A stretch of DNA of 64,000 nucleotides from an uncultured Gammaproteobacteria bacterium (lineage in GTDB: Bacteria > Pseudomonadota > Gammaproteobacteria > Burkholderiales > Burkholderiaceae_C), in assembly GCA_947085645.1 (NCBI GenBank), contig CAMTXG010000020.1, positions 79,443 through 143,442 of the forward strand, in the 5' to 3' direction. Numbering within the stretch: position 1 is the first letter of the stretch; every line of letters starts with the position of its first letter. Positions 18,621 to 30,740 of this stretch are shown here, in pieces. The notes under the pieces are model-generated. The model was given only the letters and a program-made list of their open reading frames with translations. It did not search any database and was not told the origin of the DNA. Both the position numbers and the translations under genes were made by a program.

Positions 18621-18866
18621 TGCCCCAAACGGCCCAGCCGCCAATCCCGGTTCTTGTTCTGCAATCCACGGGCACATCACCGTAGCAACGGCTTGGCGTG
18701 CACACCGACCGCGCACCCCACCGCGCACCCCACTGCATCGCAAGCGACGACACAAATAAAACCTGTCGCCTGAACACGCCGATTGCCTACAAGGGCGTCC
18801 ACATGCCCTGGGGACCATGGTGACTCTGCATTCCGCACATCACCACCCACCCCCAGGAGACATGCC

Positions 18867-19364
18867 ATGAGCGATCTGAACCATCCCAACACCGACCGCA
18901 ACGCAGACCCCCTCACCAATGAGCCGGGCGCACACCCCATCGGCACCGGCATCGGTGCCGCTGGCGGTGCCGTCACAGGCGCAGCAGCCGGTAGCCTCGG
19001 CGGCCCCATCGGCACTGCAGTGGGGGCTGTCGTGGGCGCCGTCGTTGGCGGCTTGGCCGGCAAAGGCGCAGCCGAAGCCGTCAACCCCACCGCCGAAGAC
19101 GCCCACTGGCGTGACAACTATGCAAACGAGCCCTACTACTCCGACGCCTACACCTACGACGACTACGCCCACGCCTACCGCGCCGGCTACCAGAGCGTGA
19201 TCAACGGCCGCGGCGATTGGAACGAAGCGCGCACCGATCTGGAGCAACGTTGGGACGCAGACCACCGCCAAAGCAGTCGCCTGAACTGGATGGACGCAGA
19301 ACCCGCCGCGAAGGCCGCCTGGGAGCGTGCAGACCGGATCTGGAAGCAGACGAAGCAGGAGTGA
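18867..19364 (+). CDS. Glycine-zipper stress-type hypothetical protein
   Basis: NADPLTNEPGAHPIGTGIGAAGG...GAVVGGLAGKG; CAGGAG RBS. Confidence 0.8.
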   Translation: MSDLNHPNTDRNADPLTNEPGAHPIGTGIGAAGGAVTGAAAGSLGGPIGTAVGAVVGAVVGGLAGKGAAEAVNPTAEDAHWRDNYANEPYYSDAYTYDDYAHAYRAGYQSVINGRGDWNEARTDLEQRWDADHRQSSRLNWMDAEPAAKAAWERADRIWKQTKQE

Positions 19365-19599
19365 ATACGGCTTGGAGGACGGCACGCCTTGCCATGGCTT
19401 CGGCGGCCCCTCTCGTGACGCGCGTCGCGGCGAGCGTGATTTCCACTCCGCTGCCACGTGGCAGCTTCGGGCTCATTGTGTGCCGCCCATCACCTGCAGT
19501 GAAAACACGTGCGCGCATTTGCTGCTGACATTTGTCCACCAGTCGGTCGGACAAAAATCAATCAATCAACGAGTCCACCCCCTCAGCAGGACGCCTCTC

Positions 19600-19821
19600 A
19601 TGAACACATCTACACAGCCACAACCTGACCGCATTGACGTGCAGGATTCAGAATCGCTCAGCCGCTGGACGCGCGAGCTGGCTACCACCGAAGCACAGCT
19701 CAAGGACGCCGTAGCGCAAGTGGGCGACAAGGCGGCGGATGTTGAAATGCACCTGAAGGGCGCGCGCAGCACGACCAACAAAGACCGCATCGAGCAGGCG
19801 GGGGCAGACGAGGCCAGCTGA
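19600..19821 (+). CDS. DUF3606-family small protein
   Basis: DRIDVQD...WTRELATTEAQLKDAVAQVG. Confidence 0.75.
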   Translation: MNTSTQPQPDRIDVQDSESLSRWTRELATTEAQLKDAVAQVGDKAADVEMHLKGARSTTNKDRIEQAGADEAS

Positions 19822-19901
19822 CCGAGAGCACCCCGAACATGAAATCCGTATGCGATGGCGCGTACTGAACCCACAAAGTTAAAGGGAAAAGGGGCTCGAC
19901 G

Positions 19902-20403
19902 TTACCGACGGCGTTGCGTACAGCAATGTATTAACGGCCGTTGCGGTCCGAATCGCGCGCTCATCTGCATTGATGCGCGGTGCCATGTGTCACGCCATGC
20001 GTGCTTGGCGCGTTCCCAGTCCATCGACGATGTGCCCCACGCAGTTCTCCAGTCGCGGCTCAGCTTGGGCTCCACGCCGTCTAACGAATGGTTGAGGTAA
20101 TTGGTGTACGAGTCAGCGCCATAGCGGCAGGCCAGCTGGTATTCGTCGTAGGTCTTGCCACCGGTCACGTTGGGGCGCGAAGAATAGTTGTCGTGCCAGT
20201 AGTTGTCCTCGGCCACCGGGTCCTCCTTAACGTGGTAGCTCATCACCGCCCCGGCCACGGCACCCACGGCCGGGCCTACATACCCGGTCATGCCACCGGC
20301 TAGGGCCTCTGCGGCCGCGCCGCCTATTGCGCACACCACCCGCCACACCGCTCATGCCAGTCTTGCCCGCTATGTGGGTTGTGTTGTCGTTGCGATCAGT
20401 CAT
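19902..20403 (-). pseudogene. Frameshifted paralogue of the 18867-19364 glycine-zipper gene
   Basis: GAAAGG RBS and ATG 20403 (MTDRNDNT...GVAGGV); the reading frame shifts near 20332 into AIGGAAA...EDNYWHDNY...YDEY...DWERAK. Confidence 0.65.
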
Positions 20404-20615
20404 GGTGTGTCCCTTTCAAAAATGCCAGCCCCGCAGCTTGAAGGCAGTTGCAGGCGTGGCGTGTGGCAGATGGGGTTGCCGTACAGGTGGTGCGCTTCGC
20501 GGGGAAGCGGCGCAGTCGGTATGTGTGCGGGCGGGAGACTGCAGGTGTCGGTGGGGATGACAGGGGGACGCTCTGCTAAAGAATGCAGCAAGCTTACGCT
20601 GTATTTTTATTCAGG

Positions 20616-20666
20616 GGGACATTTCAGCGACATAATGTCGTCCAGTTGTCCCAGAAAATTTGTCCA
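20616..20666. promoter_or_regulatory. Candidate MTase autoregulatory operator/promoter
   Basis: Perfect palindrome CGACAT-A-ATGTCG (20628-20640) overlapping a CATAAT -10-like hexamer, plus extra GACA/TGTC half-sites. Confidence 0.55.
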
Positions 20667-20669
20667 ATC

Positions 20670-21947
20670 ATGATGCTCACCACCGACTTAGACGACCAGC
20701 CCGCGTTGAACTACCTTCTCGCTGCACAGTCTGCCTGGCCGGCCCTGAACCTTGCCTCACATTTAGGGGTTTCGTTGCGCACCCTGCAACGCTGGAAAGC
20801 AGGGGAGATCATTCCTCCCCGCCATGTCGTCAGCGAGCTGCAGCGGCTGCTGGATTTTGGTCGGCCACAAACCTCACGCGGCGACTTCCGGTTTATTGAC
20901 CTGTTCGCCGGGATTGGCGGCATTCGCCAAGCCTTCGAGGCTATCGGGGGCGAATGCGTGTTTACCAGCGAATGGGACAGCTATGCTCAAAAAACCTACG
21001 CTGAAAACTACCCCGGCGGCCATCCGGTAAATGGTGACATTACGCAGATAGATGCGAACGATATTCCGGACCATGACGTGTTGCTGGGCGGTTTTCCGTG
21101 CCAGCCGTTCTCGATTGCGGGAGTCTCAAAGAAAAATGCGCTGGGACGTGCACATGGTTTTCAGGACGAGACGCAGGGTACCCTGTTCTTTGATTTGGCC
21201 CGGATCATCCAGACCAAGCAGCCCAAAGCTTTTTTGCTGGAGAACGTTAAAAACCTGCAGTCTCATGACAAAGGCCGGACTTTTGATGTCATTCAACGCA
21301 CTTTGAGAGAAGAGCTGGGGTACCAGATTCATTGCAAGGTGGTTGATGGAGCCCACTTTGTGCCCCAGCACCGTGAGCGAATTCTGATTGTCGGCTTCAG
21401 GGATCCTGTTATTTTCGATTGGGACATGGTCGATCTCCCTCCCAAGGGCGTACATGTGCTGGGCGACATCCTTCATCGCGACAAAGATGAGCCATTTATC
21501 GAGGCTGATGCAGACAAGTACTTTGACCATAAGACTAGTCGCGTGCTTGAAAAGTACACGCTGACCGACAAGCTGTGGGCGTACTTGCAGGAGTACAAGA
21601 AAAAGCACCAAGCGGCAGGTAACGGCTTTGGCTTCGGGCTTGTGACCCCTGAAAGCGTGACCCGGACGTTGTCGGCCCGTTATTACAAGGATGGGTCCGA
21701 GATTCTTGTGAGCCAAGGCAGCAAGAAAAACCCGCGACGGCTGACTCCCCGGGAGTGTGCACGCCTTATGGGCTTTCCTGACTCCTTCAAGATCCCTGTT
21801 TCCGATACGCGTGCGTACAAACAGTTTGGCAACTCGGTCGTCGTGCCCGTTATGGAGGCGGTGTCGCGCGCGATGCAACCGATGATCGTTGGTTCTTTGG
21901 ACCAAGTTGACGAACGACGGGTAGCTCGAACTGTTCGTTCGGACTGA
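20670..21947 (+). CDS. dcm: C5-cytosine DNA methyltransferase with N-terminal HTH (Dcm/M.EcoRII-like)
   Basis: [53 protein letters not shown]; [19 protein letters not shown]. Confidence 0.93.
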   Translation: MMLTTDLDDQPALNYLLAAQSAWPALNLASHLGVSLRTLQRWKAGEIIPPRHVVSELQRLLDFGRPQTSRGDFRFIDLFAGIGGIRQAFEAIGGECVFTSEWDSYAQKTYAENYPGGHPVNGDITQIDANDIPDHDVLLGGFPCQPFSIAGVSKKNALGRAHGFQDETQGTLFFDLARIIQTKQPKAFLLENVKNLQSHDKGRTFDVIQRTLREELGYQIHCKVVDGAHFVPQHRERILIVGFRDPVIFDWDMVDLPPKGVHVLGDILHRDKDEPFIEADADKYFDHKTSRVLEKYTLTDKLWAYLQEYKKKHQAAGNGFGFGLVTPESVTRTLSARYYKDGSEILVSQGSKKNPRRLTPRECARLMGFPDSFKIPVSDTRAYKQFGNSVVVPVMEAVSRAMQPMIVGSLDQVDERRVARTVRSD

Positions 21948-21950
21948 TCA

Positions 21951-22405
21951 ATGACCGACATCGTTGATTCGGCAACACGTAGCCGGATGATGTCCGGTAT
22001 TCGTGGAAAGAACACCAAACCCGAGATGCTGATCAGAAGTCTGCTGCATCGGCGCGGATTTCGGTTTCGACTACACCGCAAAGATTTACCTGGGAAACCG
22101 GATATCGTCCTATCTAAATTCGGCGCCGCGATCTTTGTGCATGGCTGTTTTTGGCATAGCCATGAGTGTCCGATATTTAAATGGCCAAAACGCGAACGGA
22201 TTTTTGGCGAACGAAAATCGATGGAAACAGGCTTAGAGATGAGACGGCAATAAATTTGTTGCTTGCGAGTGGTTGGCGGGTCGCGGTTATTTGGGAATGT
22301 GCAATTCGGTCTAATCGTCAAAACCCTGATGCACTATTAAAAAATCTATGCGACTGGCTGACTACGGAGGATGGCACCCATTTTATGGAAATTCCTGATT
22401 CATGA
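21951..22405 (+). pseudogene. vsr: Very-short-patch repair endonuclease Vsr, split by a 1-nt frameshift
   Basis: MTDIVDSATRSRMMSGIRGKNTKPE...FVHGCFWH in one frame; RTDFWRTKIDGNRLRD...GWRVAVIWEC in another; break at A4 run 22187-22190. Confidence 0.85.
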
Positions 22406-22430
22406 ATAGGTCAGGTGAAAAGTGGCTGTG

Positions 22431-23801
22431 CTAATGCCAAAGCGGCATCCTATTGTTTTTTATCTCTCGTTCAAAATAATCTTTGAATGACAGCACATTA
22501 TTTTTTTTGCGATAAACCGTCGTGTCTGAGTGTTTGAGCACTTCGGGAACCACAAGAAAAATGCCTGATTCGGCCATGTCTTCTATAGCACTTTCCGTGA
22601 TGTTTTCATCCACGGTGGCTAAGTACAAATCGCAGTTTTTGATCTCTGCATGGACCTGTTTCCAGCGCTCGCGCAAAGTGGTTTTGGCGCTGAGTACAAG
22701 TGCTTGCTGCTTTGTACGGTGCGGATTCTGATAGGTTTTGTAGTTTGGTAGCACAAAGTCCGGTCGTTTCTTGGACTCAATTACTACTTGGACTTCATGA
22801 GGTATACCGCCATCCGTTAAAAGACGTTCAATATGCAACTCGAACGATTTCCCTGCTCTTGATTTTCGTTGCTGGGCTGCAGAAAGCAAGATCCTGTCGA
22901 TTTGAGGGAATTGGTCAATTATTGAAGTTATTGCCCTCTCGATCGTCATAGTAGATCGATCGAAACCAAAAATGATTTTAACTAGCTCTAGAGAGCGAGT
23001 TTGGAGTTCGTATTCTTTGAAAAGATTAAATTCAATATCTCGACTAATCCTCATTATTGAATTGCCTGGCTCATCAAGCTCAAACGGATTCAGGTTGGTT
23101 CGTCCGCATGCTTCGAGATAAATTTCTTGCGCTCTTCTCGCCAGCTCCTTTGGTTTTGGAAGACCTGCAATACCTTTTGCGAATTCGTCCAGCTTACCGA
23201 ATCTCCAGGCCTCAAGCGCACTCTCCAAAAAAGATTGTGTCTTATTTTTGGTTTCTTTGACTATTACTGCTGGCTCAAAGAATCCCGAGTGAAAATCGGA
23301 TGACAAATTAAAATTATTGCGAAGATAGTCAGCCGCTTGGCTTGCCGAATCAGCCACCAAAGCGGTAAATATCACATTGCCGTCTTGAGACACCCGGCGT
23401 CCCATGAGCACAAGCGATGCAGGGCTGATGCCGCGAAATGGCGCTTTAACTACGTTGGTCAGGTGTGTCTCTTCACCTTTACTCGAGTAGTTGACTAACC
23501 GTGCCTCTTTAATCTCGCCTCCGGCTTGAGGCCAGACGACGTCAAACCAAGCTTCATAAATCGGCATTCCACCTTTGGGGCGGATTTTTTCAGAGAGCGG
23601 AGGGAAGAAACCGCTGTCTCGATCGGACTGAGGGACGTAAAAACCCCCTTGGTGAGCATTTGGATTTTCTACCCACTGCCAATCATTCAGGGCAAGCTTC
23701 TTGATGTAGACGAGATCTGCCTCATGAATCGCGGCATCGAAAGCGGCAAGAGAGTCGCTTTCATCTTCGACGAAAAGGTCGTTGTTCTCAATTGAGTCCA
23801 T
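22431..23801 (-). CDS. EcoRII-like type II restriction endonuclease
   Basis: N-terminal YIKKLALND...HQGGFYVP effector-like domain; C-terminal RKSRAGKSFE...RPDF...SAKTTLRERWKQ; AT-rich; convergent with the MTase. Confidence 0.88.
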   Translation of the reverse strand: MDSIENNDLFVEDESDSLAAFDAAIHEADLVYIKKLALNDWQWVENPNAHQGGFYVPQSDRDSGFFPPLSEKIRPKGGMPIYEAWFDVVWPQAGGEIKEARLVNYSSKGEETHLTNVVKAPFRGISPASLVLMGRRVSQDGNVIFTALVADSASQAADYLRNNFNLSSDFHSGFFEPAVIVKETKNKTQSFLESALEAWRFGKLDEFAKGIAGLPKPKELARRAQEIYLEACGRTNLNPFELDEPGNSIMRISRDIEFNLFKEYELQTRSLELVKIIFGFDRSTMTIERAITSIIDQFPQIDRILLSAAQQRKSRAGKSFELHIERLLTDGGIPHEVQVVIESKKRPDFVLPNYKTYQNPHRTKQQALVLSAKTTLRERWKQVHAEIKNCDLYLATVDENITESAIEDMAESGIFLVVPEVLKHSDTTVYRKKNNVLSFKDYFEREIKNNRMPLWH

Positions 23802-23844
23802 TTCCTACTCTCCCGAGACCCCCAGTCTCAAAGACCGGAAGTCT

Positions 23845-26570
<2,726 letters not shown>

Positions 26571-26616
26571 CGTGGTCAGGCTGTGCAGCGGTGCTGCAGA
26601 CGGGTTGGTGGCCGCC

Positions 26617-27735
26617 TCAAATGCGCATCGGCATCACCACGTACTTGAAGCTGTCGTTCTCGGGGATGGTCAGCAGCGCCGAGCTGTTGCCGTCCGAAAG
26701 CTCCACCTTCACCATGTCCTGGCCCATGTTGGCCAGGGCGTCGATGAGGTAGGTCACGTTGAAGCCGATCTCGATGGTGTCGCCACCGTAGTCGATGTCG
26801 AGCTCGTCCACGGCTTCTTCCTGCTCGGCGTTGTTCGACGCCACGCGCAGGGTGCCGGGCTCCAGGTTCAGGCGCACGCCCTTGAACTTGTCGCTGGTCA
26901 TGATGGCCGTGCGCTGCAGGCTGGCCAGCAGAGGCGCGCGGCCCAGGGTGATGCTGTTCTTGTGGTTTTTGGGGATCACGCGGTTGTAGTCGGGGAACTT
27001 GCCCTCGACCAGCTTGGTGACGAACTCCATGCCGCCAAAGGTGAACTTGGCCTGGTTGTTGGCAAACTGCATCTCGATGTGGGGCTGGTTGTCGCCGCCC
27101 GCGTCAGACAGCAAACGCTGCAGCTCGATCACGGTCTTGCGCGGCAGGATGACTTCCTGCTTGGGCACTTCCACATCCAGCGTCGCGCTGGCAAAGGCCA
27201 GTCGGTGGCCGTCGGTGGCCACCAGGCTCAGCTGCTTGCCCTCGGCCACGAACAGAATGCCGTTGAGGTAATAGCGAATGTCCTGCACCGCCATCGCAAA
27301 CGAGACCTGGCCCAGCAGGTCTTTCAGCGTCTTTTGCGGCACGCTGAACACGGGGCCAAACGCAGCGGATTCCTGCACCAGCGGGAAGTCTTCAGCAGGC
27401 AGGCTTTGCAGCGTGAAGCGGCTCTTGCCGCCTTTGAGGATCAGTTTGGACTGGGCAGATTCCAGGCTCACGGTCTGATCGCCGGGCATGGTTTTCAGGA
27501 TGTCGATCAGCTTGCGGGCGCCTACGGTGGTGGTGAAGTCGCCGGTGTCGCCGCCCAGCTCTGCGGTGGTGCGGATCTGGATTTCGAGGTCGCTGGTCGT
27601 CAGCTGCAGGGCATTGCCCGTCTTGCGGATCAGCACATTGGCCAGTATGGGCAGCGTGTGGCGGCGCTCCACGATGCCCGCCACGGACTGCAGAACCGCG
27701 AGAACCTTGTCTTGTGTTGCCTTCAGGACGATCAT
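26617..27735 (-). CDS. dnaN: DNA polymerase III beta clamp
   Basis: [42 protein letters not shown]; GAGG RBS. Confidence 0.98.
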   Translation of the reverse strand: MIVLKATQDKVLAVLQSVAGIVERRHTLPILANVLIRKTGNALQLTTSDLEIQIRTTAELGGDTGDFTTTVGARKLIDILKTMPGDQTVSLESAQSKLILKGGKSRFTLQSLPAEDFPLVQESAAFGPVFSVPQKTLKDLLGQVSFAMAVQDIRYYLNGILFVAEGKQLSLVATDGHRLAFASATLDVEVPKQEVILPRKTVIELQRLLSDAGGDNQPHIEMQFANNQAKFTFGGMEFVTKLVEGKFPDYNRVIPKNHKNSITLGRAPLLASLQRTAIMTSDKFKGVRLNLEPGTLRVASNNAEQEEAVDELDIDYGGDTIEIGFNVTYLIDALANMGQDMVKVELSDGNSSALLTIPENDSFKYVVMPMRI

Positions 27736-27865
27736 GTCATCAACCTCTTGTGGTTTTTGGGACGGTGCGTGGACAGCGGCGCAGGTCATGCCTCCCCCTG
27801 CTGCACAGCCCGTCATTTTGCCCTTTTACAGGGCGGATTCTGTTCGAGGCGCTTCCCACCCGTTT

Positions 27866-29290
27866 TCAGCCCTTGAGCGTCTGCTCCAGCACATGGAGTT
27901 GCTGGTTCAGTTCGGTCAGCTGCTGGCGCTCACCCGAGATCTTGCGCACGGCATGCAAAACGGTGGTGTGGTCGCGCCCGCCAAACAATTCTCCGATTTC
28001 GGGAAGACTCTTTTGCGTCAGCTCCTTGGCCAGGTACATCGCAATCTGGCGCGGCCGTGCAATGCTGGCCGGGCGCTTCTTGCTGTACATGTCGGCGACC
28101 TTGATCTTGTAATAGTCGGCCACCGTTTTCTGGATGTTCTCGACGCTGATCTGCCGGTTCTGTATCGACAGCAGGTCGCGCAGCGCCTCGCGGGCCAGCT
28201 GGATGGAGATTTCCTTCTGGTTGAAACGCGAATACGCAAGGATCTTGCGCAGCGCGCCTTCCAGTTCGCGCACGTTGGAGCGCACGTTCTTGGCCACGAA
28301 GAAGGCCACTTCTTCGGGCATTTCGGTGCCTTCCACCCGCGCTTTGTTGATCAGAATCGCCACGCGCATTTCCAGCTCGGGCGGCTCAATCGCCACCGTC
28401 AGGCCCGAGTCAAAACGTGACACCAAGCGCTCGTGGATATTGGCCAAGCCCTTCGGATACGTGTCCGAGGTCATCACGATGTGCGACTTTTTGGCCAGCA
28501 GGGCTTCGAACGCGTTGAAAAACTCTTCCTGCGTGCGGTCTTTGTTGGCAAAGAACTGCACATCGTCGATCAGCAGCAGATCGAGCGAGTGGTAGCGCTC
28601 CTTGAATTCATCAAATGTGCGCCGCTGGTAGGCCTTAACCACATCCGACACGAACTGCTCGGCATGGATGTAGAGAACTTTGGCGTCGGGGCGGTCTTGC
28701 AGCAGGCGGTTACCCACAGCGTGCACCAGGTGGGTTTTGCCAAGGCCCACGCCGCCATAGATAAACAGCGGGTTGTACAGATGGCCGGGCATGCCCGCTA
28801 CGTGCATGGCGGCCGAGCGCGCCATGCGGTTGGCCGTGCCTTCCACCAGCGTCTCAAACGTGAGGCCTGCATTGAGCCGGTTGCGAAACGCGCCTGCTGA
28901 GGCTTCATCGCTGTTGCTGGACTGTGGTTCGGACTGAGAAACGGCGTTCGATTGTTCCGTCGCTGCGGGGCGAGCGTAAGTACGCACAACGGATTCGCGC
29001 TGAGCGAGCGCTAACTCCAGCGTGACAGGCTGGCCATAGAGCCCCTCTAGCAGCGCGGCAATGCGGCCCGCATACTGCGCCCGAATCCAGTCGAGCTTGA
29101 AGCGGTTGCCCACGAGCACGGTGACTTTTGAGAAGTCTTCGGCCACCTGGGCAATGAGGGGCTTGATCCAGGTGTTGAACTGCTGCTCAGGCAGATCTTG
29201 CGCCAGTTGCTCTACGCAGGCTTGCCACAGGCCCTGACCGGCATCGGAGCCGGGCGACGATGGAGGGCTGTGGGAGGGTTCCTCGGTCAT
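27866..29290 (-). CDS. dnaA: Chromosomal replication initiator DnaA
   Basis: [45 protein letters not shown]. Confidence 0.98.
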   Translation of the reverse strand: MTEEPSHSPPSSPGSDAGQGLWQACVEQLAQDLPEQQFNTWIKPLIAQVAEDFSKVTVLVGNRFKLDWIRAQYAGRIAALLEGLYGQPVTLELALAQRESVVRTYARPAATEQSNAVSQSEPQSSNSDEASAGAFRNRLNAGLTFETLVEGTANRMARSAAMHVAGMPGHLYNPLFIYGGVGLGKTHLVHAVGNRLLQDRPDAKVLYIHAEQFVSDVVKAYQRRTFDEFKERYHSLDLLLIDDVQFFANKDRTQEEFFNAFEALLAKKSHIVMTSDTYPKGLANIHERLVSRFDSGLTVAIEPPELEMRVAILINKARVEGTEMPEEVAFFVAKNVRSNVRELEGALRKILAYSRFNQKEISIQLAREALRDLLSIQNRQISVENIQKTVADYYKIKVADMYSKKRPASIARPRQIAMYLAKELTQKSLPEIGELFGGRDHTTVLHAVRKISGERQQLTELNQQLHVLEQTLKG

Positions 29291-29307
29291 TTCTGGGGGA
29301 TTCTTGT

Positions 29308-29366
29308 TGTGGATAGGAGGAACGGGGCTGGGCGGCGGATTGTAGCTTGTCAAACAGTTATCCACA
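29308..29366. promoter_or_regulatory. DnaA boxes upstream of dnaA
   Basis: Perfect TTATCCACA at 29358-29366 and one-mismatch TGTGGATAG at 29308-29316. Confidence 0.75.
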
Positions 29367-29708
29367 ATTTGAAAACTGCTGTTGTGAGAGGTGCTGTTGG
29401 CCCGAGAGGGGCGATAACCTGGGTGGAGTGGATGGTCTGAAGCGACCGTGGTAACCGCCACAAACGCGTGTCAAACCCGGTTGATCGGCTGCCCCGAGAT
29501 AGGCCTGCCCGCCAAAAGGCATTGCCAGTCGTCATCAAGCCTGCGATAATTTTCGGTTTCCCTGAATGTGTTCAGGGTGATTTGACCCGGCGCGCCGAAA
29601 TTTGTGCCCCGTCGATCTGCTGCCAAGGTGCTGTTTTCAGCCTGTGGTTGTGCAGGTTGCAGGGGGTTCAAGCGCAGCGACCGAAACTGAACCTCAAGGA
29701 ATAGCATC

Positions 29709-29843
29709 ATGAAACGCACTTACCAACCCTCCAAGACGCGCCGCGCACGCACCCACGGTTTTCTCGTCCGCATGAAGACCCGCGGCGGCCGTGCCGTTAT
29801 CAACGCACGCCGCGCCAAGGGCCGCAAGCGCCTGGCCGTCTAA
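29709..29843 (+). CDS. rpmH: 50S ribosomal protein L34
   Basis: Hand translation: [44 protein letters not shown]; not in the ORF track. Confidence 0.97.
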   Translation: MKRTYQPSKTRRARTHGFLVRMKTRGGRAVINARRAKGRKRLAV

Positions 29844-29916
29844 GGCCGGTACGGTCTACGGCCTGCACCCCGCCTGGCTCCGGTTTGTACCGTCAGGTTC
29901 CAAACGGGGCGCTTGC

Positions 29917-30435
29917 ATGCATCGGCTGAAAACCCGACCCCAGTTCCAGGCAGCCATGGCGGGAGGCACTGTCTCCCGCACTGCGCATTTTGCGTTGCAC
30001 CGCCTGGTGTTGGACGTTGATGGCAGCGCCAGCGCCGCCAGCCATGTCAATGCTGCAGCACCCACAGGGCCCGGCTCCTTGCCGTCAACGCAAGGGCCGC
30101 AGGCCCTGTTTGGCGTTCAGGGCGTCTGGCTTGGGGCCATGGTGCCCAAGCGCTGGGCGCGCCGCGCCGTGACACGCAATACCATCAAGCGGCAGATATA
30201 CACCGTGGGCGCCACGTTTGAGGCCAGGTTGCCGCAGGCCGCCCATGTGGTGCGTCTGCGCACGGCCTTTGACCGAAAGCAGTTTGTCAGTGCCACGTCC
30301 GACCAGCTCAAGCTGGCGGTGCGCGCAGAACTGCTGCAGCTGTTCGGCCATGCCGCACGCCGATCTGGCGTTGCTGCCACCAGCCCGGCTGCGGCCGTGC
30401 TGGCGGTGGCCGATACGGCGACGGCGGCGCCATGA
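29917..30435 (+). CDS. rnpA: RNase P protein component
   Basis: MHRLKTRPQF, VPKRWARRAVTRNTIKRQI; canonical position. Confidence 0.92.
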   Translation: MHRLKTRPQFQAAMAGGTVSRTAHFALHRLVLDVDGSASAASHVNAAAPTGPGSLPSTQGPQALFGVQGVWLGAMVPKRWARRAVTRNTIKRQIYTVGATFEARLPQAAHVVRLRTAFDRKQFVSATSDQLKLAVRAELLQLFGHAARRSGVAATSPAAAVLAVADTATAAP

Positions 30436-30740
30436 CGGTGATGCAGCGTCTGCTGATGGGTGTGGTCAAAGGCTACCGGTTATTCCTCAGCCCCTGGCTG
30501 GGGTCGTCGTGTCGGTTTGAGCCCACCTGCTCTGTCTATTCGCTGCAGGCGCTGGAGCTCTATGGCGCAGCGGCAGGCAGTTATCTCACGGTGCGCAGGC
30601 TGGTACGCTGCCACCCCTGGTGTGACGGGGGCCATGATCCGGTTCCCCAGAGCCCGCAAGACTTGCCGCGCAGCATGCGGCTTTTCTCGCGGCTGTCCCA
30701 TCCCACCACCCCACCATCCTCACCAAAGAAGTCTTCATGA
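30432..30740 (+). CDS. yidD: Membrane protein insertion efficiency factor
   Basis: CRFEPTCSVY, RCHPWCDGGHDPVP. Confidence 0.93.
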   Translation: MTVMQRLLMGVVKGYRLFLSPWLGSSCRFEPTCSVYSLQALELYGAAAGSYLTVRRLVRCHPWCDGGHDPVPQSPQDLPRSMRLFSRLSHPTTPPSSPKKSS

